A DNA stretch of 64,000 nt, taken from IMG/VR virus record IMGVR_UViG_3300006735_000025, positions 10,240-74,239 of that record. One strand, given 5' to 3'. The position numbers were made by a program, and so were the translations under genes. The notes under the pieces are model-generated. The model saw only the letters and a program-made list of their open reading frames with translations. It had not been told where the DNA came from and made no database searches. Position 1 is the first letter of the stretch, and each line of letters begins with the position of its first letter. This stretch comes from a virus. This document shows positions 30,755 through 41,516 of the stretch, piece after piece.

Positions 30755-31765
30755 TTATAAAATTTTTTTAAATTTATTTTTTTCTATTCTGGTTAATGTT
30801 AAAAATGGTTTAGTAAAATTTAAGAAAGATTCATCGGAATTTCCAATAAAATTAAATAAACCATCTTTCATCATCATTCTTAATAGGTTTTTGTATGAAC
30901 GCCCTTCTGGGTCCATATTTTCGTTTATTAATTGTTTAATTTCTTTTTGTTCTTGTTCAGGTAGTAAACTCACACTTAAGTCAACTAAAAATTTATTTCT
31001 TTTAAAAAAGTCATCACCTAATTCACCCTCTTTAGTAATACCTTTTACAATATTTTTTAATCTAAAATTTTTATTACCTTTTTCGTATTTATCCTTACAA
31101 ATAGATAAAAACTTTTCAAGTTTTATTTCTTCATCACATATCTCTGGTACTAAATTAATTATAGTTTTTATTCCAACATTTTTAATACCACTTATATCAT
31201 CAGAAGAATCACCACATATAATTTTAATTAATTTTACATTTTCTACAGGAACTATATGTTTTTCAAATTTAATTTTATCTCCTTTTTTAACTATCTGTAA
31301 ATTATTTAATAATTTTAAATCTGTAGTTTTAGAAACTAACTGGGTTAGGTCTCTATCGTTTGAAAGTATTGTAATCTTTTCTTTTTTATTTTGTAGGCTA
31401 TAAAAAGCTATACAGTCGTCAGCTTCATGACCCTTAAACTCACATTGTCTAATAAAAATTTCTTCTAGATATTGTTGTACTCTTACTTTTTGTGAATATA
31501 GGGATTCACGTTTTTCTTCAGTTAATCTTTTATTGATTCTTTTAATTTTATATTGTGGGTATATATTTCTTCTACTTTCGTAATTTTTTTTACCATCCCA
31601 CGCTACTACAATTTTATTAAAATTATATTCCGATATTAATCTTTTTATTGTATTAAGAAAATAAAAAACAGCCCCTAGATTAGTTTCTTTATCTTGGAAG
31701 TTTTTTAATCCGTGAAATCCTAATTGTAATAATGAGTTTCCGTCAACAAGAAGTGTTTTGGTCAA
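30755..31765 (-). CDS. 5'-3' exonuclease / flap endonuclease (T4 RNase H, PolI N-terminal-like)
   Basis: LLVDGNSL, VAWDG, RRNIYPQYK, EADDCI, SNDRDLTQL, GDSSDDISGIKNVGIKT. TTG start. Confidence 0.9.
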   Translation of the reverse strand: MTKTLLVDGNSLLQLGFHGLKNFQDKETNLGAVFYFLNTIKRLISEYNFNKIVVAWDGKKNYESRRNIYPQYKIKRINKRLTEEKRESLYSQKVRVQQYLEEIFIRQCEFKGHEADDCIAFYSLQNKKEKITILSNDRDLTQLVSKTTDLKLLNNLQIVKKGDKIKFEKHIVPVENVKLIKIICGDSSDDISGIKNVGIKTIINLVPEICDEEIKLEKFLSICKDKYEKGNKNFRLKNIVKGITKEGELGDDFFKRNKFLVDLSVSLLPEQEQKEIKQLINENMDPEGRSYKNLLRMMMKDGLFNFIGNSDESFLNFTKPFLTLTRIEKNKFKKIL

Positions 31766-31789
31766 TTTTTTATAATTAAAGGTTAAATA

Positions 31790-32224
31790 CTAGTTTTCTA
31801 TTTCTAAAAGTTCAATTTCAAAATTTAAATTTTTACCAGCCAAAGGATGGTTCATATCTAAAGTAACTTCTTTTTTGGTAACCTCTACTATTGTAGCTGT
31901 GGCTGCCTTACCACTTTTTGTATTACCCTCAATTCTTTCATCAATTATAAATCTGAACTCTTTTGGGAAGTCTTCTCTTGGTACTTTTATTTCTGCTTGT
32001 TCTTCATATTTACCATATGCTTGTTCTAATGGTATAAATATTGATTTTTTTTCACCTTCTTTCATACCTCTAACAGTATTTTCAAAATCTCTTAGTACCC
32101 TACCATCACCAATATTAAACTCTAGTGGTTCTTTTCTTGAGACTGAGTTGTCAAATTCTTTACCATCTTCATACGTACCTATGTAATGTACTTTTACTTT
32201 TTTCCCTACTTTTATACTATTCAT
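31790..32224 (-). CDS. FKBP-type peptidyl-prolyl isomerase (SlyD/SlpA-like, no His-rich tail)
   Basis: VKVHYIGTYEDGKEFDNS...PLEFNIG...AYG...LDMNHPLAGKNLNFEIEL. Likely start ATG 32224 (MNSIKVG), overlapping the end of recA. Confidence 0.9.
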   Translation of the reverse strand: MNSIKVGKKVKVHYIGTYEDGKEFDNSVSRKEPLEFNIGDGRVLRDFENTVRGMKEGEKKSIFIPLEQAYGKYEEQAEIKVPREDFPKEFRFIIDERIEGNTKSGKAATATIVEVTKKEVTLDMNHPLAGKNLNFEIELLEIEN

Positions 32225-33221
32225 TTTCTTTTTCTTCTTTTGTGTCGAATTCACCCCCCACACCTAACTGGTCAGACCAAAAAGAGGCGTATTCTTGTTT
32301 GTATTTTTCTATTGATTTTTTTTCTTCTGATGTTTCTTTTCCAGCCAAGAACCCATGTGGTGTTATTAAAATTTTACCATCTTCATAACCTAAACCATTA
32401 ACATGGTTTTTCATAATTGTTATTTTAGTTCTTGTTGCAAATTTAACTTTTCTTTTTTCTTTAACTGCTGAAATATTTGTAGTTCCAGCATTTTTTTGAT
32501 TACCAAATCTAAAAACTAATGTAGAATTTAACCATAAAGCTTCACCACCTTTTGCTTTAATTTTTGGTTGACCAAATGGATTATCGGGTAATTCCACCCA
32601 TGGTTGATTTACAACCACTAATGTGTTTGTGTATTTTGAGTCTTCTCTTCTAGACTTTCCTATTCTTTGGTTAATACCCATACCTATTTTATCAGCGAAT
32701 ACAGCAGCGTTATGCATTTTACCACCCTTACCATCAAAAGTCATTTTACATGGTATCGAACCAACTGAATCCCATAAAAATAATAAGTCGTAATCTAACT
32801 CTCCCTTTTCTTGAGCATCTAATAAAGAATTTATATAGTCTGTAATTTGTTCTATGTACTGAAAATCGTTATTGAAAAGAAAAAATCCTTCCCAATCTAT
32901 TTCACCAGTACTTTCATCTACAACTTCTTCACAATCAAAACCTAATAGTTTGGCATAATTAAATCCCCATTTTTGTTCCGTTATTAGTATTACTGGTAAA
33001 ACCCCCTTTTTTTGTGCATCTACAGCTGTTTTAATTAAAGCTGTAGTTTTACCGGTATCTGAATGACCCAAAAACATCTGTAAATGACCCATGGCTGGAC
33101 CAGGTATTCCTGTAGCGTCGAGGAATGCCGGTCCTAGGTCAAAAAATTTATCTGTTTTAAATTTAGCCTTTTTAGAGAACTTACTTTTTATGTCTGAAAA
33201 ACTTCTTTTCTTTAATGCCAT
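32217..33221 (-). CDS. recA: RecA/UvsX-like recombinase
   Basis: Walker A GHSDTGKTT, Walker B FLWDSVGS, VVVNQ, KGGEAL, KNH. Confidence 0.85.
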   Translation of the reverse strand: MALKKRSFSDIKSKFSKKAKFKTDKFFDLGPAFLDATGIPGPAMGHLQMFLGHSDTGKTTALIKTAVDAQKKGVLPVILITEQKWGFNYAKLLGFDCEEVVDESTGEIDWEGFFLFNNDFQYIEQITDYINSLLDAQEKGELDYDLLFLWDSVGSIPCKMTFDGKGGKMHNAAVFADKIGMGINQRIGKSRREDSKYTNTLVVVNQPWVELPDNPFGQPKIKAKGGEALWLNSTLVFRFGNQKNAGTTNISAVKEKRKVKFATRTKITIMKNHVNGLGYEDGKILITPHGFLAGKETSEEKKSIEKYKQEYASFWSDQLGVGGEFDTKEEKENE

Positions 33222-33232
33222 CTATATATTTT

Positions 33233-34099
33233 TTAAAATGGTAAATCTTCGTCTACTTTTTGGTTTGCTTGTGGGTCTGGAGTGTTAGTTGTTTTACTCA
33301 TATCCACAGTACTATTTGTTTTAGCGTTTGGGTCATCGTACGTGTATTTTTTTAGTTCACTATCCCACACAGGGTCTAAACCTTTAGAAATAGCTTCTAA
33401 ATACTCAACTGGTTTTTGAGAGTATACATCCTTCCAAGTTTTTTCATCGGAAGTCCATTCTACACCTTTTGCATTATCTTCTGTTAATTTACCTGGGTCT
33501 TCATACATCACGGAAGATACTGTTGTATATTCTCCTCTTCCACCTGGTAATGGTACTGCTTGTAAAATAAGTATTAAGTCTCTACCTTCATTAACATCAG
33601 TAACATCTCCTTTATTTCTCCAAATAGGGATTATTTTGTCAATTGGTCCATCCCCTTTCCAATTATGTTTAAATCTCCAAAACTTAACACCATCTTCTTC
33701 CTTATCTCTATCAATAACTTTTACAATGTAAAATTTTTGTGAACGGTATTGTCTTGCTAATTCTTTTGATTGTTCGTCACCAGCTAATCTAAGTGCTTCT
33801 TCAACTTCATTTAATGGACTTCTTTCACCTGTTGGCTTACCCGCTGAATCTTTACCTGGGTCATAAATTTTCATCCATCTACCTTGTACTTGTGTGTTAT
33901 GAAAAAACACTTCTTTAAATGGAGAACTACCGTCTGTTGTTGGTAGTATTCTAATTCTTTTTTCACCTTGTTTAACACCTTTAGGTAGTGCAATGGTGAA
34001 ATATTGTTTTAATCTGTCTTCGTCTGACATTCTTGGTTTTGAAGATGTTGCCTGTTTGTTTTTTTCGTATTGGGCTAATACAGCGTCTAATGAACTCAT
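33233..34099 (-). CDS. Single-stranded DNA-binding protein (T4 gp32-like)
   Basis: IRILP...PFKEVFFH, VKVIDRD...GVKFWRF, GRDL and an acidic DEDLPF C-terminus. Upstream of recA. Confidence 0.75.
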   Translation of the reverse strand: MSSLDAVLAQYEKNKQATSSKPRMSDEDRLKQYFTIALPKGVKQGEKRIRILPTTDGSSPFKEVFFHNTQVQGRWMKIYDPGKDSAGKPTGERSPLNEVEEALRLAGDEQSKELARQYRSQKFYIVKVIDRDKEEDGVKFWRFKHNWKGDGPIDKIIPIWRNKGDVTDVNEGRDLILILQAVPLPGGRGEYTTVSSVMYEDPGKLTEDNAKGVEWTSDEKTWKDVYSQKPVEYLEAISKGLDPVWDSELKKYTYDDPNAKTNSTVDMSKTTNTPDPQANQKVDEDLPF

Positions 34100-34136
34100 A
34101 ATATTTTATTTTTTTTAATAATTAATTTCTTAGATA

Positions 34137-34165
34137 ATAATAACTAATTTATTTGTGGTTGTCAA
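34137..34165 (-). promoter_or_regulatory. Sigma70-like promoter upstream of the ssb-recA-exo-dnaB-nrdJ block
   Basis: Minus strand reads TTGACA-N17-TATTAT (34165-34137), just after a terminator and 37 nt before the ssb ATG. Confidence 0.6.
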
Positions 34166-34188
34166 TTATATGGGTTAAATAATTCCAT

Positions 34189-34218
34189 AAAAAAAAGCCC
34201 TAAATAAGTTAGAGCTTT
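34189..34218 (-). terminator. Rho-independent terminator
   Basis: Minus strand: GCTCTAA-CTTAT-TTAGGGC stem-loop (one G-U pair) followed by T8, downstream of the 34245 stop. Confidence 0.7.
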
Positions 34219-34244
34219 AATTATATATTATTTTTTATATACTA

Positions 34245-35000
34245 TCAACCGTTAAAACTTTGTTGAATTTCTGAGTCTGAAAAGTTTTGTATATCATCTG
34301 TGTTTAAAACATATTCTGTTTTTCCTTGAGCTTCAAATTTTTCCTGACTGTCATCCCAAAAATTAGCTAATGATTGGTTGTATGGCCCAGAATCTAATTT
34401 TCTCATTTCAATTTTTTCTTCCTCTGTTTTTGGTCTATATTTTTCTATTTTTTGTTCTAGACTACTAATTTGATTCATTAGTTGGTCCATTCCTGATAAT
34501 TTTTCTTCCATACCATCTAACATAGTCATTAAAGATTCTAATTTATTATTAGTCTCTTCAGTATTTTTTTCTAAATTTTCTTGTTTGTCTACCAAATCAG
34601 TAACCTCAACTTCAGTTGCGTCTTCTTCAGTTTCACCATCAGCTACTGGTGGTGCTGCTGGAGTAGGTGGTACTACTGGTGGTGTGGGTGGTGCTGCTGG
34701 TGGTGTGTCCGTGGGTGGTGTAGTTTCAATATCTAAAGTATCTTCCACATCATCACCAACACCCATCTCATCAAAAGTAGTTACATCTGCTGTTGCATCA
34801 TCTTCTGGGTTTTCTTGTTCAGACATTTCTTGTTGTCTTTCAGTAAATTTTTTTAATCTTTCAGATTCACCTTGTTTTGACATAAAACCGGAACCACCAC
34901 CTACACTACCCAACATCTGTTCCTCTAGGTTTGTAGCGTTATATCCGATTTGATTAAATCTTTTTAGTTCCTCTTGTAGACTTTTTTGTATATTAGCCAT
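34245..35000 (-). CDS. Acidic protein with a Pro-rich linker and coiled coil (possible scaffold-like or internal protein)
   Basis: SLQEELKRF and LEEQ motifs, TPPAAPPTPPVVPPTPAAPP linker and a heptad-rich segment. Confidence 0.55.
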   Translation of the reverse strand: MANIQKSLQEELKRFNQIGYNATNLEEQMLGSVGGGSGFMSKQGESERLKKFTERQQEMSEQENPEDDATADVTTFDEMGVGDDVEDTLDIETTPPTDTPPAAPPTPPVVPPTPAAPPVADGETEEDATEVEVTDLVDKQENLEKNTEETNNKLESLMTMLDGMEEKLSGMDQLMNQISSLEQKIEKYRPKTEEEKIEMRKLDSGPYNQSLANFWDDSQEKFEAQGKTEYVLNTDDIQNFSDSEIQQSFNG

Positions 35001-35232
35001 TTAATAATTGTTTTACTTTTCCGTTAGGTGATTCTACTTGTACTTTTCTATTTACTCTGATTTCGTTTTCTACTCTTTCAATTAATCCATCTCTACTTCT
35101 TATCGTATAACAAATTCCAGTATCTAAATCACAAACTTGTTTACCTTCAGTTGTTTCACCGTTTTCAACAATATTGCTTGTAGCTTTACCTAAAAAATTA
35201 CCTAATTTTTGTTTTAAATTTTCTGTTATCAT
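34993..35232 (-). CDS. Small hypothetical protein (79 aa)
   Basis: VCDLDTGICY motif. Preceded by two TATTTATA motifs and overlaps the next gene. Confidence 0.6.
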   Translation of the reverse strand: MITENLKQKLGNFLGKATSNIVENGETTEGKQVCDLDTGICYTIRSRDGLIERVENEIRVNRKVQVESPNGKVKQLLNG

Positions 35233-35288
35233 AGTATTGTTTATTATATAAATATTATTAAATATAAATAAAATCTTTAAAGACTTAT

Positions 35289-38200
35289 TTATACTGTTTT
35301 TTCTTCTTTAAGGTATTCACTATTAAAGTTATTTGGGTTTAAAAATATTTCATTTTCACCTAGATTTTTATTAATAACATATTTCCTTATTTCATAATGT
35401 AAATGGGTCCCTGTTGAATTACCTGTGGTCCCCATAACACCTATTTTAACACCTTTAGTTATACCTTCAGTTTCTCCAACCCCAGTTATTGTATTTTCTT
35501 TTATATGTGCTAATCTAAATTGGTATCTAGATATAGCTCCCTCAACCCAACCTGTAGTATCTGTTTGTTTAATTAATACTTTATCTATGTATATAACATT
35601 ACCATATCCACCACCACACGATTTGGCTTTTTCTGTACTTCCAGCGACACAACCACTAACTTTTTTGGTAATTATTCCAGAAACAGGTGCAACTATATCT
35701 ACATTTGTACCTTCAAATTCTAATTTTGGTTGATAGTCTATTCCTTTATGCATTGATATTCCCTTTTTTGTTTTTCTTCTAGCCCAAAATGCTTGGGTAG
35801 GTTCTGGTGTTAAAATCTTATTTATGTCAACTGGGTCTTGTATTGGGAAATCTAATGTACTAATATCAGATTCGCTATCCATAACTCCATCATCAAATTC
35901 TTTCTCTGTTAAATTAAATTCGTCTAACTCAGTATCCACTTTATTGGTAGATACTGTTTCTTCTAATTCATCAAATTGTTTTAATAGTTTATCCTGAATT
36001 GTTGCCAACATATCAGTAACTTTAGGTAAACTTGTAATACCAACTCTAACACCGGTAAATGTTGTTGACATATCATTAGGTGTTATACTGTGATTAACAT
36101 CCATAATAAGATAGGGACCACTAAACATAGGTACATACCTTAATTGAAAATAGGTTGTTGGTTGTATTAACGCGTTACCCATAGAAGTTACTTGACACTT
36201 ATAAGACCTAGATTTATATAGATTAAATAAATTTAAAGAATTTGTTGACACTTTTGAACCACTGGCCATTTTACCCATATCTTCCATAATTCTAAAAGCT
36301 TCACTAGTGTTTGGGAATTCTGATTGGTCTAAGGCTATACTTTCAAAAACATTTTGGTTTGGTATTCCAAAATCAACAGCGAAAGCCATAACTTTATTAC
36401 TTAATTGTCTTTCTTTTTCAGTATTTGGTATAGGACCACATAGTGGGTTTGGACTTACTCTATTTAAAACAAAAGAATCATTATTATATCCATAATTAAA
36501 ACTTTTTATATCTAGACTGGTTGATGGTGGTCCAATATATTGACATAAGTATTTAGGTGAAGATTTTGTAGTATCAACCTCCTTAAAAGCACCAAACATA
36601 GTATCTCCTTGTGCTTGTGTATTATTACCTTGCATATTATAAAAATTAACATATGATGGTAATGGTATAAAATTAAAATAATTCACACTACACATGTGAC
36701 TCATAAATCCAGCTATTGTTTGTTTTACAGAAGTACTTGGTTCAGCAGTAAATGGTGTGTCTAACCCTAAAAATAAATAGATATCCACAATAGCCTCATT
36801 TCCAATATCTCTATTAGCATTGTCTAAAAACATAAATCTTTCCATTACTGTATTATGAAAAGCTACACTAGAACTAACACCCCTAGTTGTATTTACATCA
36901 TCACCTTGTACTTTAGTACCGGATATCCACTTATCATTAAATGTTTTAAATACTTGATATAATTCTAATTTTAGATTATCCGCAACTATTTTAGGTCTTT
37001 GGTCTTCGGAATCATCATTTGTGGTGGTAGAAGATTCATTTAAAGCTTTAAATGGGTCTATTTTAGAAATAGCTTTTAAAAATGTATTAGTATATAATTC
37101 TGTAGTTTGTTTTACAGCTCCAAATATATTATCTAAAGCTGTATCAAAATTAGATTTACCCATACCTACATTACCACCTGGAGAGTTTTGCTCTGTAGAT
37201 GTTACATAAAGTTTAAGAATTGGTGCAAATTGGTATACTAATGTATGGGATATGTCATATTCTTTAAAGAAATCAAAACATATTTTTGTTATCCTATTGA
37301 AATCAGTGTTTGCGAAAGAAATGTATTCTCTCGGGTAAACATATTGTGAAATAGCAAAAGTAAAAGATGGTGTCGGTGATAATACCGAATTATCAAATTT
37401 TACTAAATTTAATCCATCATTTGAACCCATCATATAATCTATTAATGATAGTGTTGAGGTTGTGTCTGCTGTTGATGGTGTTGTGGATGGTGTTACTGTT
37501 ATGTCAAAACCATTAACTGAACCGTGTTTGTAAATAACTGATTGGTTTAAAAATATCCTACACACACTTAAGAATTTTTTATATTGACTTTTTGATAATT
37601 CTTCTGTTGTAGCTATAGGGTTTTCTGATTCTACTTCAGATTTTTTAAGAACCATAAAATCTTTAAAAATAGATTTAAAGTTATTATACCTACCTTCAAC
37701 AATACTAGAGTCTGGGTTTTGTGACTGTGAAAAATTTAAAAATTGTTTTTCAAATTCATCTAAAACTTGTGATGGGAAAACCGATAGTAGTTCATCAAAG
37801 CCATCATAATTTGAACCAGGGTTTATATTCCAAGCTTCTTGTTCTGACAAAGATTTATTAATTTTTTTCATATAACTACTAGGTGGAACCCAACCGTATA
37901 TAGCACCGTAAGAACCAGGAGTACCCACATTGTTAACATCAAAAGCACCATACCCAGCACCAGCCCATAAAAATCTAGCACTACCATCAAAACCAGCCGT
38001 ATTTATATTGTCACCCATAAAACTTAAATCTGTATTTACCAAACTACCAATAGATGGGTATAATATATAGTAAGGGTCTGTTGTCGCATCTACATCTTTA
38101 ATCCCAGCATTACCTATTGTAGCTGAATCAGCAAAAGTTGTATAAAAATTATATGAAATACCACCCTTATCAAATGAAAGGTTTTCTTCTTTTTGTATTT

Positions 38201-41200
38201 CTAATTGAAATGAGTTTATAAAATTATTTTGTAGTGTTGGTGTTGGTACCCAAGACCCAACAGGGCTTAAAACATTAGTACCAGTTACAATATTATTTGT
38301 TACGTCAATAAGTCTTGGCCAAAGACCTAGTGTTATTTCCGTATTGTTTAACCCTGGTATTATATTACCATCATGTGTAAAATCATAAAACCCAAAAGCG
38401 TTTGAGTATCCAGGGTCTACATAAAATCTATCACAAGATATATTACCATCTTCACCCATATTGGTAGTTGGGTCACCACCTAATCCTACAAACATACTTT
38501 CTTCAATTGGTTGGGCTATGTTAGTTTTATAGTTCCACCAAATAGAACCCAATTTTAAGACAAAAGAATATGGTAACTCATGATAACCAGCTAATTGTTT
38601 AATTAATTGTGCGACATAACCACCGTATTGATTTTTATTATTAAATTCTTTTATAACCTTTTCTAAAGTACTAGATAAGGGTAGTGAATTTAAAAATAAA
38701 TAAGATGCTTCAACATATGGGTCAGTAGTTGATGTTGTCTCTTTTGTATTTGCTTTATAAATCGCGTTTGCAAACCAAGGTGTGTTTAGCATGGACACAC
38801 ACTGTTTTAAAGTAGAAGCATTATTTATACCTTCTGTTAGAGGTTGTAAGAGTATATCTTGTTCTGTGGTATCATAATACTCAACCCAATCTGTTTCTAG
38901 GGTAAACGTTTTTATAACATCTAATTGGTCTGGTTTGGTCATTATACCAAAATTACCATATTTGTCACTTTCCCAATTTAGGTTTGAAAAAAATAGTTTG
39001 TGATTTTCTGTACCGTAAACGTTTGTTTGGGGTTGTATTCCCAACTCGTCTATTTGAAAAAAGTCTGAACCTGAAGCTATGCTATCACTATCAGCTAACC
39101 TATATCTAACACCACCATTAGTATAGTTAAATGGATAAAAATCGAAAAAAGCATCATTTGATTTTTTACTTTCTAAATACAAACTAATGTACTTACCATA
39201 TTCACCATTACTTGTATATTTTTCTTTTATACTTGTTGTTGGGTATAGTCCGAAGTTTGTACCAGTTATATTATTGTTATTTACTCTATTATTTATGTAA
39301 GGTGTGTTTATAAAACTAGATTTGTCCCATAATAAAAATTTATCTGGTGATGTAGATTTTAACATCTCTATTACTTTATCATAATCTAAACCGTTATCCT
39401 TAAAAAACTCTGATAGTTTTAAATTTTCTTTAATAGCAAATTCTAAATTTTTACTATCGTTGGTGGCTGCTTGTATTATTGTGTCGGATAATTGTTGTGG
39501 TTTTCCTAGTTGGTACCCGGTTACCCCAACATAGTTGGTGAAATCTTCAGCTCTATCAATTATTTCCCATAATAAATTAAATTTTGTTCTTAGTTGGTTT
39601 GTATTTTTATAAGCTTCATTGTTAAATGGAAACTCTCTAACCGATATGGGTGTTACTTCAATAAATTTAGTTTCGTTACTTATTGGTGTTGGTGCCTCAT
39701 TTTTTCTAGTTAAAACAGATTTTGTATATTCCTCTATAAACTCAACTTCTGGCCATATCTTTTTACTATAAGCTTTTGTGATAGATAGACTACCAGCTGC
39801 ACCAGGATATTTTAATACTAGTTTATTTTCCTGGTCATCAAACTCATAATACTGAGGCCAAGGAAATACAGTTGTTTCACCCTTTACAGCGTCTTTGTAA
39901 CTTTGTTTATCAGTAATTACAGCTTTTATTCTATCAGGATTATTTCTTTGTTCAAAAGCGTCAGTATGTACTTTATCTAAAATCCTTAAATAAGTGTCTA
40001 CACCAGCCATAACTATAGCTGTTAAATTTCTAATGGTAGGGTTTATTGTTAAACTTTCTTTAAATACTTTATTTAGTTTTTTAGTTACTTCATCCTGTAT
40101 TTCATTATAATTTTTTTCAAACTCCTCTAAAACTCTAGTAAAAACACCACCAAAACTTTTAGGGGTATCATCTAAAACATACCAACCTTGTTCTGGTACT
40201 TCATTTATATTTTTAGCGTTATTACTTCTAGCTCTTTGATTTTCAACTTTAAAATCTTTTACTAAATTTACAGAACCAGGTCCTTGATTTAAACCGAAAG
40301 TTTGATTTTCACCTAGTATTTTTTTGTAACCTTCTATAATATACTCTAATTTAGATTCGGCATCTTGTATATATTCAGTTGTTGTTTCTTTTAATTTAAA
40401 AGCTCTAGCTACAATTTTTTTACCATCACCAGTAGAAGAACCCACACTAACATCTAGTAATATTTCAGAACTTTTATCTATATAATTTTCCACCCAACCA
40501 TTGGTACCAAAAATAGAATTATAGAATGTTTTAAGTTTTTCTTGGTACAATTTTTGGTCGTTTGTAAACTCTAAATCTACTTTTTTAAAATTTTTCTTTA
40601 AATTATCTGTAAAGGTTTCTACTTTACCTATTAATTCAAAGATTGTTAAGTGTGGAAAATTTTGAGGAATTAATTCAAGTTCTTTGTATATCCCATATAC
40701 TTCATCCATAATTTTTCTACCGTAACCTTTTTGTTCTGAATCTTCATTACCGGAAATTTGTGTTGTGGTAGGATATAAATATGGAGCTAACATAGCCTGT
40801 TGTAGGTTTATATCATTTAGTAAAGCTATATGATTACCTATAAAATTACAGGTAACATTATAATCACCAGAATTACTATCAAAATTAGCCTTAAAGTTTG
40901 TTAAAGCTAATTGATACTTTACAGCTTGTCCGTAATATCCTTTGACCGTTAATTCAAATTGTGGGTATGGTAAGTGAAAAAATGCTGTATAAGGTGTGTT
41001 GGTTTCTGCCTGTTCAAATAATGTTTTACCCCTTACATCTACAAATGTTATAGTTACTTCTGGAACAAAAGAAGAACTTATTTTAATGTCTATATTTTTT
41101 ATCCCAAATCCTTGAAAATCATTTTTATTTTCTATGGTTTTAGAAATAAAGGTTTGTCCTCTTTCGTTTGTTTCTTCTTGTCTTTTTATCTTATTAATTG

Positions 41201-41516
41201 AAGGGTCTGTAAATCCTTCGGTCCAATCACTATCCAATGATTTTTTACCTACTGGTTTTAAAAAATTAATTTCACCATCAAACAAATCCACCTTTACTCC
41301 AGTGTCAGAAGCTCCTTTACCAACTATTAATTTAGACCTAGGAATAACTCTAGCCACCAAATTAATATAAATTACCAAATCTTCATGCCTAACTAATCGG
41401 TCTTCAATACTTTGACCATTAGCACTTGTTATTTTATTAGGGTCTATTAAAACTAGATTGTCACAAATTTGTTCAACATATACCTTTTCACTTGAGTTAA
41501 TAATTTCATCTGCCAT
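35289..41516 (-). CDS. Very large baseplate hub/tail-associated protein with a C-terminal M23 metallopeptidase
   Basis: C-terminal HKGIDY...APVSG...GGGYGN...LAHI...GTTGNSTGTHLHYE has the M23 HxxxD and HxH motifs. The upstream part (MGNALIQPTTYF...GPYLIMDVNHSI) is gp27/hub-like. Confidence 0.75.
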   Translation of the reverse strand: MADEIINSSEKVYVEQICDNLVLIDPNKITSANGQSIEDRLVRHEDLVIYINLVARVIPRSKLIVGKGASDTGVKVDLFDGEINFLKPVGKKSLDSDWTEGFTDPSINKIKRQEETNERGQTFISKTIENKNDFQGFGIKNIDIKISSSFVPEVTITFVDVRGKTLFEQAETNTPYTAFFHLPYPQFELTVKGYYGQAVKYQLALTNFKANFDSNSGDYNVTCNFIGNHIALLNDINLQQAMLAPYLYPTTTQISGNEDSEQKGYGRKIMDEVYGIYKELELIPQNFPHLTIFELIGKVETFTDNLKKNFKKVDLEFTNDQKLYQEKLKTFYNSIFGTNGWVENYIDKSSEILLDVSVGSSTGDGKKIVARAFKLKETTTEYIQDAESKLEYIIEGYKKILGENQTFGLNQGPGSVNLVKDFKVENQRARSNNAKNINEVPEQGWYVLDDTPKSFGGVFTRVLEEFEKNYNEIQDEVTKKLNKVFKESLTINPTIRNLTAIVMAGVDTYLRILDKVHTDAFEQRNNPDRIKAVITDKQSYKDAVKGETTVFPWPQYYEFDDQENKLVLKYPGAAGSLSITKAYSKKIWPEVEFIEEYTKSVLTRKNEAPTPISNETKFIEVTPISVREFPFNNEAYKNTNQLRTKFNLLWEIIDRAEDFTNYVGVTGYQLGKPQQLSDTIIQAATNDSKNLEFAIKENLKLSEFFKDNGLDYDKVIEMLKSTSPDKFLLWDKSSFINTPYINNRVNNNNITGTNFGLYPTTSIKEKYTSNGEYGKYISLYLESKKSNDAFFDFYPFNYTNGGVRYRLADSDSIASGSDFFQIDELGIQPQTNVYGTENHKLFFSNLNWESDKYGNFGIMTKPDQLDVIKTFTLETDWVEYYDTTEQDILLQPLTEGINNASTLKQCVSMLNTPWFANAIYKANTKETTSTTDPYVEASYLFLNSLPLSSTLEKVIKEFNNKNQYGGYVAQLIKQLAGYHELPYSFVLKLGSIWWNYKTNIAQPIEESMFVGLGGDPTTNMGEDGNISCDRFYVDPGYSNAFGFYDFTHDGNIIPGLNNTEITLGLWPRLIDVTNNIVTGTNVLSPVGSWVPTPTLQNNFINSFQLEIQKEENLSFDKGGISYNFYTTFADSATIGNAGIKDVDATTDPYYILYPSIGSLVNTDLSFMGDNINTAGFDGSARFLWAGAGYGAFDVNNVGTPGSYGAIYGWVPPSSYMKKINKSLSEQEAWNINPGSNYDGFDELLSVFPSQVLDEFEKQFLNFSQSQNPDSSIVEGRYNNFKSIFKDFMVLKKSEVESENPIATTEELSKSQYKKFLSVCRIFLNQSVIYKHGSVNGFDITVTPSTTPSTADTTSTLSLIDYMMGSNDGLNLVKFDNSVLSPTPSFTFAISQYVYPREYISFANTDFNRITKICFDFFKEYDISHTLVYQFAPILKLYVTSTEQNSPGGNVGMGKSNFDTALDNIFGAVKQTTELYTNTFLKAISKIDPFKALNESSTTTNDDSEDQRPKIVADNLKLELYQVFKTFNDKWISGTKVQGDDVNTTRGVSSSVAFHNTVMERFMFLDNANRDIGNEAIVDIYLFLGLDTPFTAEPSTSVKQTIAGFMSHMCSVNYFNFIPLPSYVNFYNMQGNNTQAQGDTMFGAFKEVDTTKSSPKYLCQYIGPPSTSLDIKSFNYGYNNDSFVLNRVSPNPLCGPIPNTEKERQLSNKVMAFAVDFGIPNQNVFESIALDQSEFPNTSEAFRIMEDMGKMASGSKVSTNSLNLFNLYKSRSYKCQVTSMGNALIQPTTYFQLRYVPMFSGPYLIMDVNHSITPNDMSTTFTGVRVGITSLPKVTDMLATIQDKLLKQFDELEETVSTNKVDTELDEFNLTEKEFDDGVMDSESDISTLDFPIQDPVDINKILTPEPTQAFWARRKTKKGISMHKGIDYQPKLEFEGTNVDIVAPVSGIITKKVSGCVAGSTEKAKSCGGGYGNVIYIDKVLIKQTDTTGWVEGAISRYQFRLAHIKENTITGVGETEGITKGVKIGVMGTTGNSTGTHLHYEIRKYVINKNLGENEIFLNPNNFNSEYLKEEKTV

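Noticed and set aside
30708-31403. 231-aa plus-strand ORF
   Set aside because: Lies antisense to the well-supported 5'-3' exonuclease and has no motif.
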